A DNA stretch of 63,101 nucleotides, filler included, from Octopus bimaculoides (GCF_001194135.2; 5 parts of 5 records of this genome joined end to end with filler, not necessarily neighbours in it), one strand, 5' to 3'. Positions 12,128 to 23,965 are shown, counted from the whole stretch's first letter. The notes: generated from the letters alone by a model not told the origin. Numbers and translations are program-made.

Positions 12128-12655
12128 TATATACACACATATATATGTGTGTGTGCATATGTCCCTCTCACCACCATCTAATGGTGAATGGATACAATGT
12201 CTTTGATACATACATGCAAATATAAACCTACCTATACATATATATAAGCACACACAATCATATAAACACGTATACACATTCACATATATACGTATAATCT
12301 TGTCCATCTACACATATATATGTCACTATTTTCATAGTGAAAATCAAATTTGTTTTGTTTGTTTTTTACTTTTTATTTTTGTTTTTATTTACATATATGT
12401 GTGCATACATACATACATATATATATATATAATATATACATACATCTACACATATACTCATACATGCATGCATGTACACACTCATACAATACACAACATG
12501 TACACACACACACGTGCGCACACATACATCTACACATATGTACATCTATGTACATCCATATGAATATATATAACTACATATATGTATTTCAGCATCATGC
12601 ATCTCAACATGATTTCTACATGTAAATGAGAGAAAGGGGTAGTTGTAGAGGGGTA

Positions 12656-13630
12656 CTCCCAAGTGAAATCTGGGTGTTACCCAATTCGGATTTACAGTTG
12701 GGGGTGGGTTTGTATTCCTGTATACAAGCAGCTTCAGTGACTTGTCTCAGAATTGCATCAGTGGGATGTGTAGATAAGATGTCTAACCTAAGCCTCCCTT
12801 AGGAGCTATTGTAGCAGTCTACATCATGCTGATAGGTGGAGTTTGGTTCTTTTTTCAATGTAGTTGTCCAGATGTTCTTTGAACCTATCATTGATGCTCC
12901 TAGAATTTTCACCAATATATGACTTGGGGATAATCGCGCAAGTCCCTTCTTGACACTTTATCTAGTATACAATGATTTTCTTTTTGCAGTTCATATGTGG
13001 GTTTGTAGAACATACTGCACAATTATTCTGACATGTGATTCTATCAAATGGATATGATTTACTTAATACAGATTTGATAGTCCTACCTGTCTTTTCTACA
13101 ACTTTGTGCGCAGGATTTTCTTAAGTGCCCTACTTAATTCGTTCCTAGGTGTAGCGTCAACAAACATTACACTGGAACTTCTTGTTATCATACCAAGTAT
13201 TATTTTTATTTATTTTGTTGGTGTCCCTCTCCAATCTATTCCAGAACTTGTTGTGGTATAGGGGGCACATGCCGTTTTCGTCATCTCTTTGAATGCGTTC
13301 GAATCTAGTTTTCGTTCCTTTGTACACTCTGATTCTATCGTACTGTGTGTATCTGAAACGTTGCATTCGGAATGTGTAGTGCTGGATGTGTTGTTGTCGT
13401 TCTTGTGGTTGGCATAGTGGGAATATGTTCCTCATTACTCTAAGTCTGCCATTTGGATGTTGATTTTGGTAGTACATTGTTGAGTCACTACACATTACTA
13501 GTGGATTAGCCATAGGTTTATAATAGTGTGAGTGGATTAAACAGGGTTTAACAGTTCCGTTTATTATAGTATTTTCTATCCATAGATCAGTATCTAAGAC
13601 AGTATCTGAGTGGTCTGGTTTAGTCCAGTT
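12656..13630 (-). mobile_element. Penelope-like element fragment: RT thumb, Cys-rich linker and GIY-YIG endonuclease (frameshifted)
   Basis: Translation gives LDTDLWIE..HSHYYKPMA..RVMRN..PLYH.KFW..ER..WY / VMFVDATP.NEL / KVVEKTGRTIKSVLSKSYPF..C..NC.VC...C...IVY*IKC..C..YIGENSRS..RFKEH / RQVTEAACIQ..P.PN.KSE.G. Confidence 0.9.
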
Positions 13631-13824
13631 GTAGTAGCATTCACAGTGGGTCTTTTTGAATGCTGAGGTAATGGTAGGTGGTCTGTCTCATTTGTTACAG
13701 GTGGGACAAGCATATTTCAGGTTCTATATAGATATTGTGAGAATTTACAAAAAAATAAAAGACAAAAACAGGTGTGTAAACAACAAACAGGCGTATTAGT
13801 TTAACACTCAGGAAGTGGGAAAGT

Positions 13825-13860
13825 CTTTTATGCTTTGAGCCTACACTCTTCAACAGAAAG
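13825..13860 (-). ncRNA. Decayed minimal hammerhead-like motif with variant core in a PLE-terminus-like repeat (about 13745-13925)
   Basis: Minus strand reads CTTT-CTGTTGA-A-GAG[tgtagg]CTC-aaagcat-a-AAAG. Stem I CTTT/AAAG and stem II GAG/CTC are intact. The GAAACGT segment appears mutated. Confidence 0.4.
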
Positions 13861-13923
13861 GAACACAGAAATAAACAGGAAGAGAAAATAGAAAAGGGTA
13901 TAGGGGCTAGCGATCTATGATGG

Positions 13924-13958
<35 letters not shown>

Positions 13959-14058
13959 NNNNNNNNNNNNNNNNNNNNNNNNNNNNNNNNNNNNNNNNNN
14001 NNTTAATTAATTAANNNNNNNNNNNNNNNNNNNNNNNNNNNNNNNNNNNNNNNNNNNN
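13959..14058. other. Artificial scaffold-join linker N44-TTAATTAATTAA-N44 (also 35217-35316, 50016-50115, 57736-57835)
   Basis: The same 100-bp architecture occurs four times. The palindromic 12-mer places TAA in all six frames. Confidence 0.9.
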
Positions 14059-14316
14059 ACGTACGTGCGTGCAAGTGCGTGTGTCATTTATGCCCCTTGT
14101 GTGTGTAGTTGTATGCGTGTTTATGTGAGTGTGTGTTGTGTATGTGAGTGAGTATTGTGTATGTGAGAGGTGTGTGTGCATGTGTGTATATGTGTATGTG
14201 TGTACGTGTATGTGAGAGGTGTGTTTATGTGTGTGTGCGTGCGTATGTGTGTGTGTGTGCATATGTATGCGGCTGTGTATGTACGTGTATGTATATATAT
14301 ATATATATATATACAC

Positions 14317-14349
<33 letters not shown>

Positions 14350-14365
14350 TATATATTATAGCTTA

Positions 14366-14925
14366 CACCAGGTACATCTTATGGAGTTTCTACCTATGCA
14401 TTTTCTACAGATTGAGCAGGGCCATCTACCTGAAGGTATTTGTAATTTGCGTTCGCACTTACTTTTTTGCTAGGTTAACACTAAGGCCCTTCAATTCTAG
14501 ACCTTGCTTCTATACCTGAAACTTCTTCTCTAGTCCTGCTAGTGATTCATCTATAAGAACAAGGTTATCAGCATAGAGGAGCTCCCAGGGGCTGCCTGTC
14601 TTTTAAATTCCTCTGTTATTGCCTGGAGGACTATGATGAACAAGAGGGGGCTAAGTACTGATCCTTGGTGAACCCCTATTTGTACCCTGAAACCTTCGCT
14701 GTACTTGTTGCTGACCCTCACCTTACTGGTAATGTCCCTGTAGATGGCTTGTACAGCTCTCACCAATCACTTGGCAATCCCTAGTTTCCACATTGACCAC
14801 CAGATAAGGGATTGGGAGACCCTGTCAGAGGCTTTCTCCAAGTCAACAAAAGCCAAGTCCAGAGGTTCATCTTTGGCTATATATTTCTTCTGCAGCTGCC
14901 TTACCAGAAATATAGCATCAGTAGT
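14366..14925 (-). mobile_element. RTE-clade LINE reverse transcriptase fragment
   Basis: Translation gives TTDAIFLVRQLQ.KY..K..PL.LAFVDLEKA.DRV / VRVSNKYSE.F.VQ.GVHQGSVLSPLLFIIVLQAITEEFK / GL.VNL.K..GRWPCSICRK.IGRNSI.C. Confidence 0.92.
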
Positions 14926-15193
14926 AATATATATATATATATATATATATATANNNNNNNNNNNNNNNNNNNNNNNNNNNNNNNNNNNNNNNNNNNNNNN
15001 NNNNNNNNNNNNNNNNNNNNNNNNNNNNNNNNNNNNNNNNNNNNNNNNNNNNNNNNNNNNNNNNNNNNNNNNNNNNNNNNNNNNNNNNNNNNNNNNNNNN
15101 NNNNNNNNNNNNNNNNNNNNNNNNNNNNNNNNNNNNNNNNNNNNNNNNNNNNNNNNNNNNNNNNNNNNNNNNNNNNNNNNNNNNNNNNNNNNN

Positions 15194-15510
15194 ATCATCA
15201 TCATCATCATCGTTTAACATCCACTTTCCATGCTAGCATGGGTTGGACGATTTGACTGAGGACTGGCCAGCCAGAAGGCTGCACCAGGCTCTAATCTGAT
15301 CTGGCACAGTTTCTGCAGCTGGATGCCCTTCCTAACGCCAACCACTCCGAGAGTGTAGTTGGTGATTTTACGTGCCACCGGCATGAGGGCCAGTCACATG
15401 GTACTGGCAATGGCCATGCTCAAAAAGGTGTTTTTTATGTGCCACCTGCACGGGAGCCAGTCCAGCAGCACTGGCAACGACCTCGCTCGAATGATTTTCT
15501 AATGTGCCAC
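15194..15510 (-). mobile_element. SINE family C
   Basis: Colinear with 3024-3362. Confidence 0.85.
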
Positions 15511-15848
15511 CACTACAACTTTTTTTTTTTTTAAATAATTTTTTTTAAATCTTTTTTATACTTGGTAGAACTGTATCAAGTAATTTTCACAAAGACTTTT
15601 AAATATATACATACACATACATGCATGCATATGTGTGTGCATTTATATATATATATGTATTTATAAAGTGGAATATGCTAAACATACCAAGAAGAGATGC
15701 AGTCTAATGTGCATCTGTTCAGATTTCACCTTTCTATTTTCACTCCGAAATCTTGAGATGACTGAAAACAGTTACTCAAACTATAATTTCCATACAAATT
15801 TTTAACCACATAGTTGTATCTGTGTGTATGTACATCTCTGTGTATATA

Positions 15849-16040
15849 GAGAGTCTGCCAAAAAAATGTATACACACTTCAGGAAAGAAAAATTTATATA
15901 AATATTTTAATTCAGTATTATTACAATTTGATTAAACATTGAAAGAGGTATCTATACTTGTAGAGGTACTTATACAAGTTAAATATTTATACTTATCTTT
16001 CCTTTCCTGAAGTGCGTAAGCATTTTTTTCGTGGACTCTG
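15849..16040. mobile_element. Tc1/mariner-type MITE, about 190 bp, TA-flanked
   Basis: gagagtctgccaaaaaaatgtatacacacttcaggaaag pairs imperfectly with ctttcctgaagtgcgtaagcatttttttcgtggactctg. TA lies on both sides. Confidence 0.75.
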
Positions 16041-16498
16041 TATTATGAACATACTTGAGGAAATTTAGTGAAGAGGGAGACAAAATGGGAAAGAACATGA
16101 ATCCATCTTGAATACCTTAATATAACAATCACCCGATAAGTTCACAATCAAAGAAACCAGAATATTAAAAACTTATGTGACACACAGGATTTCAGAAATT
16201 TTATCTGATTCCAGCCCCACTTTGTTGTCATAAATACATATATGACTTCTTTTTTTTTATTTAAGTTTTTCTAGTAATGAAGGAATGACTTTCTAACTAA
16301 TAAATAATACTCATGTTGGAATATAAACAGAAACGACTACAAATTATGGTAGGGGTAATGAGTCATGAGCTAAATTCTGGGAATATTGTGGATTACTGCC
16401 CAAAAATACTGGCTGAATTTGCATAAAACATGTTAGATGTTTCATTTTCTTCTTTTGTTTTTTTTTTTCCTTCCCTACCCAACTCTGCAATATTTCAG

Positions 16499-16596
16499 AA
16501 ATTCTTCTTTAAATGTTGTTTGGCACACTTGTGTACAATGTTGTAGACAAAGTGTACCAATTTGGGAAAAGAACATTAACCGATTGAAGAAGCAAG
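16499..16596 (+). CDS. Candidate upstream ERAL1 coding exon (NSSLNVVWHTCVQCCRQSVPIWEKNINRLKKQ)
   Basis: A long pyrimidine tract plus CAG acceptor, an open frame and an AAG|GTATAG donor. It ends in phase 1, so G+AA forms Glu with the ERAL1 exon at 25983. No sequence homology recognised. Confidence 0.45.
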
Positions 16597-19588
16597 GTAT
16601 AGATCAAAACAGAATAATGTTTTCTTGCAATAATTAATCACAGAAATACCGAGTGGTAAATTCTGGCCAATTCTTCTCTAACCTTATGTTCTTTAAAACT
16701 CACTTCTCTTAATTATGCCAAGTTTTCCTTTTTATGCTACTTCTCATTTATTTTTTGTTGTTCTTTGTTAGTTTTTTTTTTAAGACATTCACAAAATCTT
16801 TATTTCTTCATCTGTCAAAGAAAACTTTTTCAATCTTGTGTCCACAAACCAGCTTATATATTCTTTGTGTTAGTGCTTGTGTATTGTCTTTTAACCTCCT
16901 CTAAATAATTGCTGCTATATCACAGTCATTCCAACTGTCCAGATGACTTATTCTCATAAATTATGTCTTTTGAAATCACTAATTACTTCAATGAGTAAAA
17001 CAGAAATAATTTTACTGAATTCCACACCTCTTAGCTCTTTGTCTAGACACTCTCTTGGACCAAGTTGTAAAAACAATTCCTAACTTTTGTCACAGATCAA
17101 ACTAAAATGTATGACAGTGAAACTAAGAGTAGAATTCGGAAAAGAAAACAAAACAATGCTAAAGAAAATAAATAGATAAATAAATAAATGTAGATTAAGA
17201 TGTTGCTTAAATTGAAATAAGAAAGAATTGGTCTTGTGTTGTCAGTGGAACTGGAAAAATAGATTGATGAATTACATACATGCTTACACACATGTACGCA
17301 TGCACACTCACACACACAGGGTTATACATACATGTGTGTGTGCATGTGTTTTAAAAGCTATTTTGTTCAATAGCAGTTGCATTATCATCATCTTGATATT
17401 TTTTTTATAATTAGAGGAGAATGCTCATGTTCATTGTAATAATGATGATGATAATCATCATGTGCATTCTTAACCCTCTCAGACCTGGACCTGAGTCTAA
17501 CTTTACCCTCCACTTGAACTCTTGAGCAAAAAAATAAATAGTTGCATACTCAGCTCAAGAGTAACGATTGCAGGCAAACTAAAGGACAAGATCACAAAAT
17601 AAATTCAGGAGAATAACAATAATAGGTTTATCTCTTAATTACCTTATTTGTTCACTCAAATTACTACTTTCCTCATCACTCTCATCACCATTATGTAAAC
17701 AATGCTGCTTGTTTCCAGTCTTCTATGAGAATATGTTTTTGGTTATGAAAATATTACCTTGCTTGGAAACAGCTGAGGGATGGTGACAGAAAGAGTTTCT
17801 GGCCATAGAAAATCTGCCTCAACAAATTCCACATAACTCATGCAAGAATGGAGAATGGATATTAAATAACAATGGTGATGACATACATTCACACACAAAC
17901 ACACACACACACACACACACATGGTTAAGTATGTTTGTTAGGGAAGATGATTTCATAGTGATGATAATGATAATGATCTGTATAGATCATTGGTAGAATT
18001 ATTAGAATGCTAGACAAAAATTCTTTGTGATATTTGCTCTAACTCTTTATGCTTTGAGTTAAAATCTCACTAAAGTCAACTTTGCTCTCATCTTTCCAAG
18101 TTGGGGCAGTAGATTGGTTGAATTGTCAGCAGTGGAACAAACTATTTCAAAGTTTGTTTTGGATTTTTTTGAAAGTTCTGAATTCATTTGTAACACTCAT
18201 GCCAAGCTGTACCAGACAGAGGGATCAAGAGGTTTGCTGCATAGGTAATTGTTAGTCTTCCATTAAAAACATAAACCTGGGTCAGGTTTGTACCCTTTAG
18301 AAGAACTTTCCAGATACAAATTACATGGTCAGTTCTGACTAATGAGGGCCTTAATCTGTATGAAACGTTTCAGAGAAGTGTAAAGTTGTGAAGTTTATAC
18401 ATTACCCTAGTTGCTTTCATGACATGAGTAGAATGATACAACCACAACCACGATTCATCATTATCATATGTCCGTCTTCCATGTTGGCATGGATTGGACT
18501 GTTTGACAGGAGCTGGCCAGGCAGAAGACTGCACCAAACTTCTGTGTCTGTTTTGGCATGGTTTTTATGGTTGGATACCCTTCCTAACACCAATCACCCC
18601 ACAGAGTAGACTGAGTGCGTTTTATGTAGCACTGGCACAGGCGAGGTCAGTTTTGGGCATGGTTTTTACAACTGGATACCCTTTTTACATGGCACCAGCA
18701 CTGGCAGGGTCACCAAGTAATTTTCAAGACAAGTAATCTTTGAGAGGGGAGGGGGCATTGGAGGAGGTGATCTTGTGTCAGATGAGGAAAGGTTAGAGTG
18801 TGATAGAAATAGAAATAGGTGTCTTGCTGTTATGGAGGTACATGATTATCTGACCAGAGTGAGAGAGAGGGAGAGAGAGTTGACAAGAAAGAGGACATAC
18901 TTTTCTTTATTTTTAAATTAAATAAAAAATTGCCCTGTGTCTAATGCAACCAAATTACAGATGGGAGGCTGAGTGCCATAGGCTAGGTAGCCAGATGAGC
19001 ATAAGTCTGCTAAGTATAATAATTGCTTCTAATACAAAAAATGTTGAAAACAAGCCTAAATATCACAGGCTTTTAGCTTAAACTTTCCAAAAATTGCTTA
19101 TTGTATGTTGACTGTTATGTTGGGGAGGTCACATCATCTTATCATACCTCTTTTCTCAACATATATAACCCACACCTAATATATGTCTTACATTGTTTAA
19201 TGGCTGTGTTACCTTTAAGAAACATTTTTTTAATTGTCTAAATAAAAATTTTCCTACTAAAATGAAAGGAATGTTAAACTTCCATCTGCTTCTCAGCTTT
19301 TTGCATGAATGGAAGACAACCCCCCCCCACCACCACCACAGCAGTGATTCACAGTAACACAGATTATTACAGCCAAAAATATGAGTCTTATACCTTGTAT
19401 GGCAATTCTCTTGACCAAAATATTAATAACTATACAGTTGTTCTGAAAGAAGATGAAGTTGAAATACAGTATTCACATACTGCAGTTTATTTATGACAAA
19501 TTTATGGTTTTATACTTTATTCCAGTGTACTGTCACAACATTGCATTTACAGACACAGAATCATACATTTTCCCCTACAAAATCCACT

Positions 19589-19758
19589 TTAATACTTTAG
19601 CATTCAGACTATTCTGCCAAATGCAATGCTTATGCATTCACATTGTTCTGAATTAATCATGCATTATCTCATAGCTTTGAGATTTCAGTGGTGTGACTGT
19701 TTATTACAGATAGAGTATTTGGGCTGAACATAAGTTGGTTTAAATGCTAGGGGGTTAA
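19589..19758. mobile_element. TTAA-bounded (piggyBac-type) MITE; related copies at 25633-25851 and 29630-29820
   Basis: Ends ttaatactttagcatt... and ...aatgctagggggttaa. The shared body ttaatcatgcattatctc...ttgagattt occurs in all three copies. Confidence 0.65.
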
Positions 19759-19822
19759 GATATCTTTCAGTAAATGTATGATAACACATACTAAATTTGT
19801 TTTGATTTTTTTGCACAAAATC

Positions 19823-20022
19823 ATCATCATCATCGTTTAACGTCCGCTTTCCATGCTAGCATGGGTTGGACAATTTGACTGAGGACTGGTGAAACCAGAT
19901 GGCTACACCAGGCTCCAATCTGATTTGGCAGAGTTTCTACAGCTGGATGCCCTTCCTAATGCCAACCACTCAGAGAGTGTAGTGGGTGCTTTTACGTGTC
20001 ACCCGCACGAAGGCCAGTCAGT
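19823..20022 (-). mobile_element. SINE family C (partial)
   Basis: catcatcatcatcgtttaacgtccgctttccatgctagc..., colinear with the other copies. Confidence 0.85.
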
Positions 20023-20542
20023 ACTTGTAAAATAGAAGTGTGTCTTATATACTGGCAAAAACAGTAATTAAAGCAAGCTCTTGTTATGTTATCAAGCACA
20101 GAGAACTCTGTAACAAACAAATGTTTGTGTGTTCATTTCACTGCACTAGCAGCTTTATTGGAAATATTTGAAGTGTGTGAGTATAAATGTTATCAGATGT
20201 TAACTGGTCGTGTGCATTATACATTCCTTTCTGTTTATTAATAGAGAAACTTCTAGAAGATGAATTAGCTTAATAATATTCTTAGAACTCAAAGAAAAGA
20301 AGTAGAAACAAAATGGAGAAAAAAAAAAAAGAAAATGATTGTTTTCTGCGATTATTTAAAAATTCTTAGTTTATTTGTTTTATTTTTGTTTTTCTTCCAT
20401 AATTTCAATAGTTCATCAAATGATGAGGATTTTAATAGGAAAACATAAATATAGAAGTAATATAAACAACAGCAAAAAGAAAACTTTTATTAAAAACTCA
20501 AAAAATTTGCAGCTATAAATATAATTATAATACAGCTGATAA

Positions 20543-20585
20543 TGATAATTATGATGATGATGGTGACATGATACTACTACTTCTG

Positions 20586-20622
<37 letters not shown>

Positions 20623-20850
20623 ATAATAATAATAATAATAATAATGATGATGATGATGATGATGTTAATGATAACGATGATGATGATGATGTTAATGATA
20701 ACGATGATGATGATGATGTTAATGATAACAATAATGATGATGATGTTAATGATAATAATAATGATGATGATGATAATGATGATGATGATAATGATAATGA
20801 TATGATGATAATAATAATAATTTTGATAATGATATAATAATAATAATTAT
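20543..20850. repeat. Compound trinucleotide microsatellite (ACT/AAT/GAT)
   Basis: Directly visible; it explains the spurious poly-T/N/D ORF. Confidence 0.95.
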
Positions 20851-21386
20851 TTAGTTTTTATTTTGTAAATTTTGTGAACAACAATGTTTTAATTTGTATT
20901 TAAGTTTTTGTAAATGAATTTTTTTTTTTTCTATTAGTATTTTATTTGAAATAACAACTAATAATCAATTTCTATATAATTTATTTGATGAAATTTTTTT
21001 TTTAATCCAGCAAATTGTTATTGCTATTATTATTAATTATAATTTCAATTTCTTAATCAACTCAGTTTTGACTTCCAGTCACTGCTGTTATCACATGATT
21101 TGATTAGTCGGTCGCATAACTTTGTACACATATCATTCACTCACTCACTGAATCAGATATGGTGTTACTGTCTCTGTTGTTGTTGTTGTTGCTTTTGTCG
21201 TTTAATTTGTTTATACCTCATGGAAACACAGCTTAGACATCGAATCAATGCGAGAGCCTCGACATTGTCACTTAATCTGCTAGAAATAGCAATCAATATC
21301 CCTCAAATCATACCCTCCGTCTTAAAAATAGAAGGACACACTGGGTAATGCAGTTCTGAGGTCTCTGCACATAGGGAAAAAAACAC

Positions 21387-22025
21387 ATGATAGTCACTTG
21401 TGAAAACACATGGCCTAGTGGTAAAGGTGTTGTACTCATAATTGCAAGATCATGATTTCAATTCCCTGACTGATTGTGTGTTGTATTTTTGAGCAAAACA
21501 CTTCATTTCATATTGCTCGAGTCCACTCAGTTGTAAGTGGGTAACCCTACAATGGACTGGCATTCCATTCAGAGGCAGTTTTGGTCTGCCCACCATCAGG
21601 GTGGCATAATTCAGAAGCTACAACAATGTGAAGAAGTACATTGTGATCAGTGGTGTATAACAATGTCCTATAGGTTGGTCAATATAGTAAAAAAATCATG
21701 ACAGTCACTTGTAAAGGCACATGGCCTAATGGTTAGAGTATTGTAGTCATAATCGCCAGATCAAGGTTTCGATTCCCAGGCTGACTCTGCCTTGTAATTT
21801 TAAGCAAAACGCTTCATTTCATATTGCTCTAGTCAACTGAGCTGCAAATGGGTAAACCTGCAATGGACTAGCATCCCATTCAGGGGCAATTTTAACCTGC
21901 CCACCTAGCCATCTGGGTGACATTATTCAAAAGTGACAATAATGTGAAGAAGTGCATTATGACTGGTGGTATGTAACAACATCCGATAGCCTGGTCGACA
22001 CAGCGAAAAATTATGATAGTCACTT
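21387..22025 (+). mobile_element. Head-to-tail dimer of a decayed tRNA-derived SINE (about 310-bp units)
   Basis: Two diverged units, each with A-box-like tggcctagtgg and B-box-like gtttcgattcc, bounded by three copies of (c/t)atga(t/c)agtcactt at 21387, 21697 and 22012. Confidence 0.75.
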
Positions 22026-22175
22026 ATGGAATGTCTTTGAACATACATCTGTTTAATCAGGATTGTCTTGCAGTTTAACATCAACAACAGCTGCTTAGAG
22101 GATGGGATATAGTACTTTTACATTATTTATATTATTTACAATTGACAGATATTTGTCCTCATCTTGTTTGTTGTT

Positions 22176-22221
22176 AACACGATGTTTCGGCTGATATACC
22201 CTCCAGCCTTCATTAGGTGTC
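22176..22221 (-). ncRNA. Minimal type-I hammerhead-like motif (decayed, CUAAUGA core)
   Basis: GACAC-CTAATGA-A-GGCTG[gagggtatat]CAGCC-GAA-ACAT-C-GTGTT. Confidence 0.55.
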
Positions 22222-22293
22222 TTGGGGTAATTGTGAACCTGGGTTCTCAAGTGTCTTGGGGAAACTTCAAACCTGGGTTCGAAATTTCCCCAA

Positions 22294-22339
22294 GACACCT
22301 GATGAAGGCTGTAGGGTATATCAGCCGAAATGCTGTGTT
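22294..22339 (+). ncRNA. Minimal type-I hammerhead-like motif (decayed stem III)
   Basis: GACAC-CTGATGA-A-GGCTG[tagggtatat]CAGCC-GAA-ATGC-T-GTGTT. Confidence 0.55.
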
Positions 22340-23965
22340 AACAAACAAACAAGATGAGGACAAATATCCGTCAATTGTAAATAATGTAAATGATGTACAT
22401 AATTCCTCATCTCTTAAATATAGAACTATAGTACTGTTAATTTGTGAAGCTGCTGTTGGAGGTTGGGGAAGTGTGATGCTAGGTGGTTGTAGTGGTAGTA
22501 GTTGTGACCGAGGTGAAGGCAGCCATGTACAAATATATGGGTCTTCTTAGAACTTAAAGAAAAGAAGTAGAAACAAAAAGAAAAAAACAGAAAATGATTG
22601 TTTTCTGCAATTAATTAAAAATTCTTAGTTCATTCGCTTTATTTATGTTTTCCTTCAATAATTTCAGTAGTTCATCAAACGATGGGGATTTTAATAGGAA
22701 AACATAAATATAGAGCAACAACTTCTCTACAAACTGCTCTATCACCTTTGCTACCAAACTCAAAGGTGATAGAGGGTTTTGTAGAAAAGACTACATTAAA
22801 TGTAACAGTATAGTGACCAACTACAAATTGTAAACTACAAAACTCTTACATTCCCTTGATTTCCTGTGATTCAGACCATCTCATGGTCTCAGCAAACAAA
22901 ATGGAAAAGGTGTTGCCACAATAAATGGTGAGGGAGATGCACTGGAACAGTCACTCTGACTCATGGGGCTTACACTTGCAGGTAACCATTTCTAGCCCCA
23001 ATAGTGATGAGCAGGGATATGGTCCAGGGGCCCAAGAATGCCAGAGGCCGCCACTGCCACTGGCTCGACCATTAAATCTGTCAGAGAGCAACTAATATTT
23101 TAACAGCTTTTCTCAGCCTGATGACATGCATGGAAATGGTTAGTGTTGTGCTGGTGGTGGCAGCGGCAGCATTGGTGGTGGCAGTTGTTGTTACAGTATG
23201 TGGTAGTGATTGCAGTCTGTCTCCCTTATATCTCCTTTTAACATCTCGAGAGATGTTAATAAGAGATATAACAAAAACAGTCTGTTGAACTTTTTAGATG
23301 TTTATAGCAACGAAAGGAACAAATAAATTCATTACTTCATTGTTTGTATGTATGTTTTGTGTGTGTGTGCGTGTGTGACTTTCCTAATTCCTTGCTGCAT
23401 TTAACTAACTTATCCACCCTTCTTACACCCCTTCTTTGCCATATACAACCAGTCCTAATGATTGCCAACTTTGATACCATCTTAATACCACTGTGATATC
23501 ATCCACATGCAAGGCTGTTCTTTTTCTCATTTGCAATTGATTATAATTCTATTTTCCCTTAAATTATTACATTTTTAAAAAATATTTTTTGGTATATATT
23601 TTTGAATCACTTAATGGGGTTTTTTTTTTAACTTTTCTGTTCTAGTTTAGTATTGCTTTTTGTTTTAATTTTTTTCTAAACTATATTTGTGATTAGTGAT
23701 AGATTTATTCAGTATGAACAGGAGGAGGAGGAGGCAAGAGGAGATGGTGTTATGAATTAAAATATATTTGTTTTCTCTAAACATTCCTTTCAAGATAACA
23801 TTGTTATATTCATTACAACACCTATTTTCTTCATCCTTTCATGGGTTGAATAGGTTTACTACAATCATACTCTTTTAATCTTTCAGTGAGGAGGGAAAGC
23901 TATGCCCATGACCCTTTACTGGGTCTCCTTCACTAGTGAGAGGCAGGAAAGAAAGTATCCCAATA

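Larger units (their letters stand above)
22118..22396. mobile_element. About 280-bp palindromic PLE-terminus-like element with a hammerhead-like motif in each arm
   Basis: 22118-22232 is the imperfect reverse complement of 22283-22396. The centre holds a duplicated gtgtcttgggg..aacctgggttc block. Confidence 0.85.

Noticed and set aside
14003-14014. TTAATTAATTAA as a biological motif (homeodomain site or piggyBac target)
   Set aside because: It is always centred in exactly 44+44 Ns, which marks an assembly linker.
23112-23150. CTGATGA-CATGCATG-GAAA hammerhead-like match
   Set aside because: Stem II would be only 2-3 bp and no stem I partner pairs after any NUH, so it is likely chance.
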